Part shown: piece after piece, positions 1 to 8,583 of the stretch
Numbering within the stretch: the stretch's first letter is position 1
Layout: each line of letters opens with the position of its first letter
IMG/VR virus record: IMGVR_UViG_3300014884_000057
Coordinates: 1-27,400 of that record
Strand: one strand, 5' to 3'
Origin: a virus
Lineage: Duplodnaviria; Caudoviricetes
Length of the DNA stretch: 27,400 nucleotides
Notes under the pieces: model-generated
What the model was told of the DNA's origin: nothing
Databases searched by the model: none
The model's input: the letters and a program-made list of their open reading frames with translations, nothing else
Translations under genes and position numbers: made by a program

Positions 1-869
1 AGGCTGTCGCCGTCCGAGACCTGCGACAGCTCCTTCATGCGCTCGATGAGGGCTTCGCCCCAATACCGCGGGATGGCATCGGCGTCATACAGTAAGCGCT
101 TCGGCGCGCGCAGCGTCGGAATCGCGTAGACCTCGCCGGCCGTGACCGGCTTCGGGTAGAGGACGACGGACGGGAACGCGCGGCCGCTCTCTTCCGGCAG
201 CAGCACCTGCAGCGTCGACGGGCCCGCGACGGTGCGCAGCGTGACGGTGCCGCGGCTCGACGTGCCCTCGGTCGCCGGCGTCGTGCCGTCGGGATACGCC
301 TTCGAGAAGTGGAGGATCGGATCCCGCCAGGTGCCGATCGCCACGGCGGTCGTGCCGTTGAGGGTGACTTGCGTCTCGTCCCACTGGCTCGCGCTGTTCA
401 GGCCCTCGACGAGCACCCGGATATCGGTATCGTTGACGTTGTCGCTGACGACTTCGAGCGCCTGGCCCGCGGCCGACGGCTGCACGCTCACGCCGACCAT
501 GCCGGCGATGGCGGCGGCCTTCGGTGTCGCCGCCACTTCGAGTGTCGTGCCCTGCTCCGGGTAGTCCTGCTGGATCTGATCGAGCGACAGGATCGGGATC
601 CGCGCGCCGGTGGTGAGGTTGCTGATGTACTTCACCATCGGCGGCACGCGGCCGAAGTAGGTCGGCAACACATAGGTCCGCTGGCTGACGACGGTCGTGA
701 TCTGGACCGGGCTCGGCAGCCGGTGATCGTTCCACGGGTGATTGTTCCAGATCGACAGGTAGGCCCGCCGGGCGAGCAGCGCCGCGGCGTCCCGCTGATC
801 GGGGTCGCCGAGGGCGCCCTTCCACGTCAGATACATGTCGAGCAGCTCGCGGAACGAGAGTTGATCCAT
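1..869 (-). CDS. Putative head-tail adaptor protein (podovirus type), runs off the left edge
   Basis: Not in the ORF track because its stop is outside the window. My translation from ATG 869 reads MDQLSFRELLDMYL...IWNNHPW...QITTVVSQRTYVLPTYFGR...VVLYPKP...RAPKRLLYDADAIPRYWGEALIE. The T..SQ..Y.LP..F / LYP.P / P..L..D..IP....AL pattern resembles SU10-type adaptors. Confidence 0.6.
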   Translation of the reverse strand, partial: MDQLSFRELLDMYLTWKGALGDPDQRDAAALLARRAYLSIWNNHPWNDHRLPSPVQITTVVSQRTYVLPTYFGRVPPMVKYISNLTTGARIPILSLDQIQQDYPEQGTTLEVAATPKAAAIAGMVGVSVQPSAAGQALEVVSDNVNDTDIRVLVEGLNSASQWDETQVTLNGTTAVAIGTWRDPILHFSKAYPDGTTPATEGTSSRGTVTLRTVAGPSTLQVLLPEESGRAFPSVVLYPKPVTAGEVYAIPTLRAPKRLLYDADAIPRYWGEALIERMKELSQVSDGDS

Positions 870-873
870 GTGG

Positions 874-1284
874 TTACGGGTCCACCGCGAGGTAGGCGAC
901 GCCAATGCCGACGGTGGACCCGGCACCGGTCGTGACCGACAGGCCCTCGCCGGTCGCGGTCACGAAGTGTCCAATCGGCGAGAACCCATCGGCGCGGCCG
1001 CCGCGGCTGTTGCAGTCGAAGGTTTCCGAGATGGCGACGCCGGCGCCGGCGCCCTTCGAATTGAACGTCACGGCCGTGGCCGTGCCGCCGGCGTGCAAGC
1101 GAAACACGAGCACGAGGAGTTTCTTGCCGGCGACGGCCGCCACGAGCGCCGCATCCGTCGAGGCCGCCGCGACGTTGGCAAACGCGCGTTGCACGAGGAC
1201 CGGCGCGTTGCGATACGCGACCGTGTCGGAGACGGCCATCGCGGCGATCGCCGACCGGAGCGCGACGGGGGGCAGGGGGGCCAT
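874..1284 (-). CDS. Hypothetical virion-module protein (136 aa, Ala/Gly/Thr/Val-rich, beta-strand-like)
   Basis: ORF with GGAG RBS, tightly packed in the minus-strand operon. Confidence 0.7.
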   Translation of the reverse strand: MAPLPPVALRSAIAAMAVSDTVAYRNAPVLVQRAFANVAAASTDAALVAAVAGKKLLVLVFRLHAGGTATAVTFNSKGAGAGVAISETFDCNSRGGRADGFSPIGHFVTATGEGLSVTTGAGSTVGIGVAYLAVDP

Positions 1285-1287
1285 CGG

Positions 1288-1404
1288 TTACTCCCCCACG
1301 CCGAGCAGCAGCAAGTCACCGCCGCCGCCCACCGCGAACGCCTTGTCGGTGATGAGCGACGCCAGCCCGAGCGGCCCGCAGAAGCCGAAACGGGTGATCG
1401 TCAT
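1288..1404 (-). CDS. Small hypothetical protein (38 aa, MTITRFGFCG...GGGGDLLLLGVGE)
   Basis: Manual translation. ATGA overlap with the stop of the upstream gene, GAGG RBS, and it fills the gap exactly. Confidence 0.6.
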   Translation of the reverse strand: MTITRFGFCGPLGLASLITDKAFAVGGGGDLLLLGVGE

Positions 1405-1649
1405 GCGCGGTCCTCAGTCGGGCTCACCAGATCCCGGTTGCGGTGCTCGGCGAGCCGGCGTTCGAGCGCCTGGCGGCCCGGGCCTTTGACGTGCGGCAGG
1501 ATCTTGTCGACGATCGCGGCGTGCGCGACGGCGACCACGGCCTGACTCGTCGCCGTCAGCCGTCGATAGATCAGGGCGAGCGCCGCCACGGTGACGAGTT
1601 GCAGCACGAGCAGGGCGATGCCGAGATAGATCATCATCAGGTCCTTCAC
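1401..1649 (-). CDS. Small membrane protein (single N-terminal TM helix, basic tail)
   Basis: Hydrophobic stretch IYLGIALLVLQLVTVAALALIY followed by RR. GTGA overlap with the upstream gene. Confidence 0.7.
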   Translation of the reverse strand: MKDLMMIYLGIALLVLQLVTVAALALIYRRLTATSQAVVAVAHAAIVDKILPHVKGPGRQALERRLAEHRNRDLVSPTEDRA

Positions 1650-2755
1650 ACAATCAGGGCGGTATCGGTATTCGCCGGGGCCGCCGTCGATGCGGTCGTC
1701 GTGAGCGTCGTCGTCGCGCCCACGTAATCAGAAATCGCCACGGCCTGGAGCGTGAGCGCGCCGCTGGTGTAAATCAGCACACGCCCGTTATAGAAATCAT
1801 TCACGGCCGACGGCGCCGCGCCGTTCACCGAGGTCAGGGGCACGGCGGTCGTCGTCGCGCCGGCGGCGATGACGGCCCGGCCAATCGCGAGGGCATACGC
1901 TTGGAGCGCGGTCGCGAGCGCCGCCGTCAAGCGGCCTTCGACGTCGTCCACGAAATCGTCGATGAGCACCAGGGCCGCCGCCAGCGTGTCCAGTTGCGTA
2001 TCGAGGTCGGCGGCGGCCAGGCCCACGGCGGTGCGCATGTCCGCGGCGACGGTGCCGCCCGTGAGGGCGGTCAGCGTGCGCGCGGCCGTTGACCAGACCG
2101 CGTCGAGCGCATTCACGCCGAAGGTCGCGGCGACGATGACGCCGTTGACGATCGCGCCGACGCTCGCGTCCATGCGCCCGCCGACGAGCGCGGCCGGCAA
2201 CCGGGTTTGAATATCATCCGCGTCGGCGATCAGGGTGTTGACCTTCGTCACGACTTGCGCGTCGAGATCCAGCCCGCCTGTATCGCTGATCGGCAGGCCG
2301 CCCGCGGCATCCGCGGCCGCAGCGGGGAGCGCCGTGCCAGTAAGGCCGCGCGTCGCGCTCCAGGCACTTTCGATCAGCGCGTCATTGAGCCCCGCTGCCC
2401 GGAAGCCGATCGTCGGGCCGCGCCACGGCAAGATGCCCGTCGCGACGCCGGTGAACCAGCCGACGCCTTCCGTGTCGTTGTTGATCGAGGCGCCTGCGCT
2501 TGCGGGGATCTCGATCGTGTAGATCCCGGAGTCGCCTTGGTCGGTCCAGTCGTAGTCCCCGGCGGTCGTCGGCGTGACCGACGTCACGGTGTACGCGCCG
2601 GCCGGCGTCACAAAGTGCCACCGCAGGGCCATGCCGGCCGCGTTGTAGGCGACCGCGCCTTCAATCGACTTGAAGTCTGTGTCGTCGATGAGCGGGAGGA
2701 GATTGACAGGGACTTCCGCCAGCGCGACGTCCACGTCCATCCAGAGATCAGGCAT
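1646..2755 (-). CDS. Putative virion structural / fibre-like protein (369 aa)
   Basis: Ala/Thr/Gly/Asp-rich, with a central helical segment and a C-terminal beta domain (NDFYNGRVLIYTSG...ISDYVG). GAGG RBS. Located in the morphogenesis module. Confidence 0.6.
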   Translation of the reverse strand: MPDLWMDVDVALAEVPVNLLPLIDDTDFKSIEGAVAYNAAGMALRWHFVTPAGAYTVTSVTPTTAGDYDWTDQGDSGIYTIEIPASAGASINNDTEGVGWFTGVATGILPWRGPTIGFRAAGLNDALIESAWSATRGLTGTALPAAAADAAGGLPISDTGGLDLDAQVVTKVNTLIADADDIQTRLPAALVGGRMDASVGAIVNGVIVAATFGVNALDAVWSTAARTLTALTGGTVAADMRTAVGLAAADLDTQLDTLAAALVLIDDFVDDVEGRLTAALATALQAYALAIGRAVIAAGATTTAVPLTSVNGAAPSAVNDFYNGRVLIYTSGALTLQAVAISDYVGATTTLTTTASTAAPANTDTALIV

Positions 2756-2761
2756 ACATCC

Positions 2762-3406
2762 TCACATTTGCGCGTAGGCGTAGTAGGGTTTTCCGCCGCC
2801 ACCGCTCGCTTCGGTGAACGCCGCGAGCGAGTGATTCGCGCTAACCGAGTTCGTGGTGGTGTAATCCGCGTCCACCGTCTCGCCGCTCGTCAGCTTGTAG
2901 CGGTGATACTCGCGCTCGCCTGCCGTCATCGTGAACGCCGTGAAACTGTCGCCAGCCGTCGACCCCCCGTCATTCGAGGCATGGGCGCCACACGCCACCA
3001 TAAAACCCGCACTCGCCGTCACCGATCCGGCATTCTGTGCGGTCGTGGTGGTCGTGGTGTTCGTGCTGGTGTTGCCGTCTGTGATCGCGCCGGTCGGTGT
3101 GAAGGCGGCCGCAATGCCTTGGAAGACGCGATTGATCCCGCTATAGTCGATCGTGATGATCGGATTCCCGGAGGCGGCGTTGATGAAGCGGAAGATCGAC
3201 GCGCGCCCGCGCGTGCCGTCCGCCACCGTCACCAACGCCGTCCCCCACGATCCATTGATGTCGTCCGAGACGGTCGGCGCGGCGCTCCCGTCCCGTTCAC
3301 GCAGACACAACACCAGCGTATCGCCGGTGGCGACCCCCGTCAGTTGACACGTTGTCGAGGTGCCAAAGGACTGGTTGTAGCTGTTCTGCGTGTTGAGGGT
3401 CGTCAT
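2762..3406 (-). CDS. Putative virion structural protein (214 aa, Thr/Ser/Gly-rich beta protein)
   Basis: ORF directly abuts the upstream stop. Composition is typical of virion beta-sandwich proteins. No signal peptide. Confidence 0.7.
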   Translation of the reverse strand: MTTLNTQNSYNQSFGTSTTCQLTGVATGDTLVLCLRERDGSAAPTVSDDINGSWGTALVTVADGTRGRASIFRFINAASGNPIITIDYSGINRVFQGIAAAFTPTGAITDGNTSTNTTTTTTAQNAGSVTASAGFMVACGAHASNDGGSTAGDSFTAFTMTAGEREYHRYKLTSGETVDADYTTTNSVSANHSLAAFTEASGGGGKPYYAYAQM

Positions 3407-3850
3407 CTAGGGTGTCGTCACAATCTCCACGGTGCAGCCGTACCGCATCCGTGCGACCGTATCGATCTCCCCGCGAATCTGTTGCCCACGCAGGTAGATC
3501 AAATTGGTGGAGACGGACGACGCCGGGTTCGTCCCGAGTTCCGGGTCTTCGACATGCCCGCTGATCCACGAGCCCCCGACATACAACCGCCACACGCCCG
3601 CCGGGGCATCGAAGCGATACAAGCGATACCGAATCGTGTTCCCCGGCGCGTCGTAATCCGCCGTGTTGACGTCGAGCGTGATCCGCAGATCGCCGACGGC
3701 ATCCATCGGCACGGTGACACTGCCCGTCTGAAAGGTGCCCTGCCGCTGCTGCTGGCCAAGGGCGGCTACGACCACCACAGACTCCTGCGCGAAGGCGACG
3801 GACGACACGAACAGACACACGACGAACGCGAGCGCAAGGGTATAGCGCAT
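3407..3850 (-). CDS. Exported protein with Sec signal peptide (147 aa)
   Basis: AGGAG RBS before ATG 3850. MRYTLALAFVVCLFVSSVAFA|QES has clear n/h/c regions and an A-x-A site. Confidence 0.8.
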   Translation of the reverse strand: MRYTLALAFVVCLFVSSVAFAQESVVVVAALGQQQRQGTFQTGSVTVPMDAVGDLRITLDVNTADYDAPGNTIRYRLYRFDAPAGVWRLYVGGSWISGHVEDPELGTNPASSVSTNLIYLRGQQIRGEIDTVARMRYGCTVEIVTTP

Positions 3851-3999
3851 AGACACTCTCCTGAGATGTGCGGGAATGCACGCCCCATCCTACGTCGAAC
3901 ATTAACGGACGTCGTCACAAGCCCCCTTTGACCCTGGTGCGCGGTCGTGAGTGTGATCATGGAAAGCAACTCCTTACAAAGACAGCCACTGCATCAGCC

Positions 4000-4443
4000 T
4001 CACCCACCAACGCGGACGCCGACGGCAACGGCCGGTGGCGTCCCCCGCACAAAAGGGTTCGACGGATCGCTGGCCGACGCGGACACCGGCACGCCCCCGA
4101 CGATCACCTTCGCCGTCATCTTGCCGATGTATTGCCCGCCGAACGGCATGGCGAACAGCACGCCGCTCGTTGCGCCCGTATCGAGCACGCAGTCGCGAGA
4201 CGCGTTGGCCGGGTCCGTCCAGCGGATGAAGCGCGGATTCACCTGGACGCCGGAGGGCGGCGGCGTGGGCGCCTGATCACAGAGCGCGGCGGACTTCAGG
4301 AAGTCGAACGACGAAATCGGGGCGCCGTCCGGCGTCGTCGCGAAGTGCGCCGTGAACGTGTAGTCCGTCGGCAACGGTGTCTGCGCGACCGCGGACGCGG
4401 CCACGCACAGACACCCGAAGATCAGCAGCAGCACACGGATCAT
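4000..4443 (-). CDS. Exported protein with Sec signal peptide (147 aa, possibly Ig/FnIII-like)
   Basis: AGGAG RBS before ATG 4443, so the ORF-track start at 4710 is too early. Signal MIRVLLLIFGCLCVAASAVA|QTP. Two Cys in the mature part. Confidence 0.8.
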   Translation of the reverse strand: MIRVLLLIFGCLCVAASAVAQTPLPTDYTFTAHFATTPDGAPISSFDFLKSAALCDQAPTPPPSGVQVNPRFIRWTDPANASRDCVLDTGATSGVLFAMPFGGQYIGKMTAKVIVGGVPVSASASDPSNPFVRGTPPAVAVGVRVGG

Positions 4444-4469
4444 TCGAAGACTCCTGTTCACGGGGGCTA

Positions 4470-4889
4470 TCACCGGCCCACCCGCATGTTGTGAATGGCG
4501 GCCACGCCTTTCGCGCCGCCGCCGACCAGGCCGCCGATGGTGGCTACCTTGTCGAGTGTGGGGCTGCGCTTGGCGAGGCGGTCGAGCAGGAGCGCCAGCG
4601 CCGCGTTGATTGCCGCGTTCGTCATGGCGATCCCGCCGCGCCCCATGTCGCCGAAGATCGGATTTCCCTCGCGCGCCCGCCCGCTGGCCAGCGCGCGATC
4701 GGTCGTCCATATATCGGCGGCCGCCCCGCCGAGGAGCGCCGGCAGGCCGATCTTGCGGAACGTCGGCTTCCGCTCGGGCGGGGCCGGGTCCTGCTCGAAC
4801 GAGAGCGTGCTCAGCGGATCGGCCTCGGCGGCGAGGGCTTCCTCGATGAACGGCTGCAGGGCGGCGGGATCAAACCGCTGGCGCGGCAT
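4470..4889 (-). CDS. Membrane protein, DUF5658-like
   Basis: ADIWTT.RAL..G..REGNP motif flanked by hydrophobic Gly/Ala helices. Start at ATG 4889 chosen just after the upstream stop (uncertain). Confidence 0.55.
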   Translation of the reverse strand: MPRQRFDPAALQPFIEEALAAEADPLSTLSFEQDPAPPERKPTFRKIGLPALLGGAAADIWTTDRALASGRAREGNPIFGDMGRGGIAMTNAAINAALALLLDRLAKRSPTLDKVATIGGLVGGGAKGVAAIHNMRVGR

Positions 4890-4893
4890 CGCA

Positions 4894-5229
4894 TCATCCA
4901 GGAGGACGAGCCCCAGCAGGAGCTCCGGGAGAAGTGTTGCCACTCGGGACCGCGCCTTGGCCCGGCTGCGATTGCGGCGGTGCAGGACAGACGACGTTGA
5001 AGCGCTCGGCGGCGACCTTCGGGTTCGAGCAGAGGAGCTCACTCACGACGGCGCGCATCACCGTGAACTCGGTGTAGCGGTGCCACACCCACGCGCCGCC
5101 GATGGAGAGCACGGCCACGACGATGAGGAGCGCGAGCGTCCCGCCCGCACCCCACGCGAGCGCCTGGCGGCGCGTGAGCGTTGATCCCTGATCCCTGATC
5201 CCTGATGCGTCGGTTAACGGGCCGGTCAT
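4894..5229 (-). CDS. Membrane-anchored protein with twin-arginine-like motif (111 aa)
   Basis: TRRQAL precedes a long hydrophobic helix. Two Cys and a Pro/Gly tail follow. TAATG overlap with the upstream gene. Confidence 0.7.
   Translation of the reverse strand: MTGPLTDASGIRDQGSTLTRRQALAWGAGGTLALLIVVAVLSIGGAWVWHRYTEFTVMRAVVSELLCSNPKVAAERFNVVCPAPPQSQPGQGAVPSGNTSPGAPAGARPPG
5182..5206. repeat. Heptamer tandem repeat (TGATCCC)x3.5
   Basis: tgatccc tgatccc tgatccc tgat seen directly. Confidence 0.9.
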
Positions 5230-6509
5230 TACGGCACACCCCAGCAGTTGATCGAATAGATGTCCGTCGTCGCTGGAGCCGTGCCGTTGGTGACGACGGT
5301 GATCGTGGTGGTCGTGGTGACGACGGTCAGGGCCTGCTTGCCGACGACCATGCCGGCCTTGGCCATCGTGACGTTACAGATCGGGGCGGCGGCCCAGGTG
5401 CCGTTGAACGTGACGACCCATCCGGAGGCCGGGACGCCGCTCGAACCCATCGTCACGCGCATCGCGGTATCCGAACCGGCGACGGAGGGCGACGTGCCGC
5501 AGTTCGATGAACAGGTCGGCGCGACGGCTTGAGTGAAGCCGACCTGCGTGCCGCGTCCGGTCGCGCCACCGGCGGTGACGTAGAAGCGTGTCGTGCCGCC
5601 GGTTTGGCCTTCAATGAGGCGTTGTAGGCCAGAGCCAACCGCGGTCTCCGTGCGGTTGATGAACAGATCGGTGTTGGCGGCGGCGCCGGAGGGTTGGTTG
5701 TAAGTCGGGAGAATCGCGGTGTTATAGAAGGGCCCTGCCGTCGTGGCGATGTTCACAGACTCGCCTAAGGTCACGAAGGTCGTGTACGTGTTGTGATTAA
5801 GGACTGTTCCCGCCGCATTGTAGTAGCCGAGACGAATCGGCGACGCTGAGGTTTGCAACAGTCGCAGGCCGACGAAAATATTTCCTGCGCTACTCGCTTG
5901 CGCCCCGAACGTGGTGGCCCGCGCTGTGCCTGTGGCGGCTGTCCGAGAGCCGATCATCCACTCGTTCGCGGTCGTCTGCGCGTCAATCGAGAACGCCTCG
6001 AAGTTCGACCCGCTCGTAAATGTGTTCGACACATCAAACCGATTGGCAGACGTATTGAAACCTAGACGCAACCAGTTTGCCGCTTGCCGCACGATACTCG
6101 CGTCATTTGCGACTCCCCAATACAGCGCGCCAGCGTCTGTGGTCAGGTAGACGCCGCCACCAGAATCGAGCGCGAACGTCTGAGTGCCATTTATAGAAGC
6201 ACGAATCGTCGAGGACGCTCCCGTTCCGGTGAAATACCACCCAGTAGAAGGGTTCGCGGCCTGCGCGAGGCTCGGCGCCGCCGCCGAGCCATTGGGCGCG
6301 AGCAGTTGCCCCGAGAACGATCCGCCGCCGCTGAACGGGGCAGCGATCGGGATGACGCCCGATCCCGTCTGCTGCGCGACGAGGCTCGCCCCGCCGGCGC
6401 TCAGCACCAGCGCGACGAGCGCGCCGACGAGGAACTCAGAAGCGCGAGAACGGCAGGACGGCCACCGATTGCGCAGCCGCCGACGCAATTCCCCAAAGTA
6501 CATTCGCAT
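5229..6509 (-). CDS. Fibre/spike-like protein with N-terminal signal peptide (426 aa)
   Basis: Basic n-region, then FLVGALVALVLSAGGASLVA|QQ. Fibre-like GSAAAPSL motif and a Gly/Thr/Asn-rich beta body. C-terminal domain has 4 Cys (TCSSNCG, PICNV, INCWG). Confidence 0.7.
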   Translation of the reverse strand: MRMYFGELRRRLRNRWPSCRSRASEFLVGALVALVLSAGGASLVAQQTGSGVIPIAAPFSGGGSFSGQLLAPNGSAAAPSLAQAANPSTGWYFTGTGASSTIRASINGTQTFALDSGGGVYLTTDAGALYWGVANDASIVRQAANWLRLGFNTSANRFDVSNTFTSGSNFEAFSIDAQTTANEWMIGSRTAATGTARATTFGAQASSAGNIFVGLRLLQTSASPIRLGYYNAAGTVLNHNTYTTFVTLGESVNIATTAGPFYNTAILPTYNQPSGAAANTDLFINRTETAVGSGLQRLIEGQTGGTTRFYVTAGGATGRGTQVGFTQAVAPTCSSNCGTSPSVAGSDTAMRVTMGSSGVPASGWVVTFNGTWAAAPICNVTMAKAGMVVGKQALTVVTTTTTITVVTNGTAPATTDIYSINCWGVP

Positions 6510-6936
6510 TGCGGACCTCGAGACAGAGGCTTTCGTTGTCGGTCATCGGCCAGCCGGTCGCGGTCGTGACCGCCGACGAGACGCCGAGGTAGAGGGTTTG
6601 GCCGGGGACGAGCGCCTTCACGCACACGCCGCCGTTGACGTTGCCGCTCGACGTGAGCTGCACCGCCGCGACGCCGACCGTGACGCGATAGGGCGCGGTG
6701 ACTTGAATCGCCGCCCGATTCGGTTGCGCCAGGAGCGTCTCCGCGGCGAACGGGTTCGGGATCAGGCGCAGCTCGTCATACTCGCCGTCGCCGACGCGCG
6801 CATAATCGCCATGCCTCGACGTGCCGGCGAACTCAAACACGCCGATACGCGGCGCCGCGAGATCGCACACCGCCGACACGGCGAGCGCGAGGATCGCCAG
6901 CACGATCGGCACGAAGGGACTGCGGAGGCTCTTCAT
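6436..6936 (-). CDS. Exported or anchored beta-sandwich-like protein (166 aa)
   Basis: GGAG RBS before ATG 6936. N-terminus MKSLRSPFVPIVLAILALAVSA. C-terminal beta domain with two Cys. Confidence 0.75.
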   Translation of the reverse strand: MKSLRSPFVPIVLAILALAVSAVCDLAAPRIGVFEFAGTSRHGDYARVGDGEYDELRLIPNPFAAETLLAQPNRAAIQVTAPYRVTVGVAAVQLTSSGNVNGGVCVKALVPGQTLYLGVSSAVTTATGWPMTDNESLCLEVRNANVLWGIASAAAQSVAVLPFSRF

Positions 6937-6962
6937 CGGTGACTCCATGACCTGAAGGTGTT

Positions 6963-7003
6963 GGGTTCGAGCGCGGGGTTCCCACCGAACCGCGCTCGAA
7001 CCC
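6963..7003. terminator. Intergenic 14-bp perfect inverted repeat (terminator or RNA stability hairpin)
   Basis: GGGTTCGAGCGCGG (6963-6976) pairs with CCGCGCTCGAACCC (6990-7003). No U-tract. Confidence 0.5.
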
Positions 7004-7024
7004 GACAGGATGGCCCGATCCCGA

Positions 7025-7633
7025 TCAGCCGCCGAACGGCACGACAACGAGGCCCTTGCCCGTGGCCGCACTCGCGGCGGCCGCGTTGTTGTCGCCGGTC
7101 GTGATAATGGCCATCGTGGCGTTGGCGTCGACGGTCGCGGTAAAGCCGATCGACGACGCGGCCACGAGCGCCCCGTTGACGGCCGCCCAACAGAAGCCGC
7201 GCTGCGAGTCGGCGCCGACCTCGACGACGATCGCGTAAAACGCGAAGTCGGTTCCGTTGCCGGTGTTGTCGGTCAGCGTGCAGATCGCCGTGCCGCCGAT
7301 CTTGAGTTTGATGTCCTTGGCGTTCGCATTCGCCGCCAAGGTGCCAAACGCCGTGATCTGCATTCCGCGGCCGACCTTGAAGAGCATCTCGTCGTCGAGC
7401 GTCACGGAGTTGAGCGTGTTGTCGGTCGACTGGACCGAGGCGCCCACGACCGTGGTCGCATCGACGAGCGCGCCGGGCAGGATCTTCCCGCTCGTGGGAT
7501 GCGCCAGGCCGAGCGACATCAGGTTCTTGACGGCCGGCTCGTTGGCGATGGACTGCGCATAGGCCGGCGTCGCGAGGGCGAGGGCCGCGACGAACGCCGC
7601 GGCGATCGAGCAGGAGCGAAGGATTAGGGTCAT
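7025..7633 (-). CDS. Exported protein with Sec signal peptide (202 aa)
   Basis: AGGGAG RBS. Signal MTLILRSCSIAAAFVAALALATPAYA|QS. Two Cys in the mature part. Confidence 0.8.
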   Translation of the reverse strand: MTLILRSCSIAAAFVAALALATPAYAQSIANEPAVKNLMSLGLAHPTSGKILPGALVDATTVVGASVQSTDNTLNSVTLDDEMLFKVGRGMQITAFGTLAANANAKDIKLKIGGTAICTLTDNTGNGTDFAFYAIVVEVGADSQRGFCWAAVNGALVAASSIGFTATVDANATMAIITTGDNNAAAASAATGKGLVVVPFGG

Positions 7634-7696
7634 GGTCAGGATCTCCCTGTGATTACGAACTACGGTTACTGGTTGTCGGGCCCGAGGCCCTCGTTG

Positions 7697-8080
7697 TTAG
7701 GTCGTCACCGTGAAGGTGTGCCCGACCGAGATGCCGGCGACGACCCACTTGTAGGTGCTGTCCGCCGTGCGAATGCACTCCGCCTCGAGCACGGCGCCGA
7801 TCATTTCTCCGGCCGTCTGCGCCTTCACGGAGTTCGCCGCCAGGTCGTGCTTGGTGACGAGGTCGCCGGCGTTCGCGCCGGTGAAGCCGATGATCTGGTC
7901 CGCCAGGCCCTTGGCCTGGTAGGTCACGCCGAGATACTGCGGCCCGGGTGTCGGCAGCGTGAGCACCACTTCGCCGACCGCGCCGTAGTTCGTGAAGCGC
8001 GTGTCCGGCTGATCGCGGAACAGCGAGATCGAGTAGGCCGCGACCTTGTTGATGATGCGGCGCTTGAAGTTCGTCGACAT
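7697..8080 (-). CDS. Putative head decoration / minor structural protein (127 aa)
   Basis: GAGGGAG RBS, beta-rich, downstream of the capsid gene. Confidence 0.6.
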   Translation of the reverse strand: MSTNFKRRIINKVAAYSISLFRDQPDTRFTNYGAVGEVVLTLPTPGPQYLGVTYQAKGLADQIIGFTGANAGDLVTKHDLAANSVKAQTAGEMIGAVLEAECIRTADSTYKWVVAGISVGHTFTVTT

Positions 8081-8094
8081 GAGGATCTCCCTCG

Positions 8095-8583
8095 TTACTG
8101 AACTGCGTTAACTACGCCCGCGTTGCTGATGCGGGTGCCTTCGAGGCGGCTGATCGGATCGTGCGAATCGACCGCGATGTCCTGCAGGAGGCCGAGGCGG
8201 CGGCGGCGCCGCGACTGCTTCGCCCAGGCTTCCTCGTATTCGAGCTCGTCCGCCACTTGCATCCCGCTCTTGGCGAAGAGGTCGTCCCCTTCTTCCTGGA
8301 GCGCGGTGAGGATGTTGGCCGGGCGACACAACCACTGCCAATGCACGAGCGAGACGTGGATATACCCGTCGCGCGCCTGCACGTGCAGATCGCTGTGGTC
8401 GCCCAGACCCGCATTGACGGCCGGCCGCTGCCGGCATTTCCGTTCGAGCACGTAGAACGACCCGCCGCGTTCGACGCTCTTCCGCAAGCGGAGATCGGGG
8501 TCGAAGGCCTGCAAGATGCCTTCGACGTGCCGAAACTCCGGCTCAAGGCGCAGATGCGGGCGGACGCGCACGTGATCGGTCAT
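8095..8583 (-). CDS. Hypothetical phage protein (162 aa, MTDHVRVRP...)
   Basis: ATGA overlap with the upstream stop at 8580-8583. The ORF-track extension to 8997 overlaps another gene. Confidence 0.75.
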   Translation of the reverse strand: MTDHVRVRPHLRLEPEFRHVEGILQAFDPDLRLRKSVERGGSFYVLERKCRQRPAVNAGLGDHSDLHVQARDGYIHVSLVHWQWLCRPANILTALQEEGDDLFAKSGMQVADELEYEEAWAKQSRRRRRLGLLQDIAVDSHDPISRLEGTRISNAGVVNAVQ

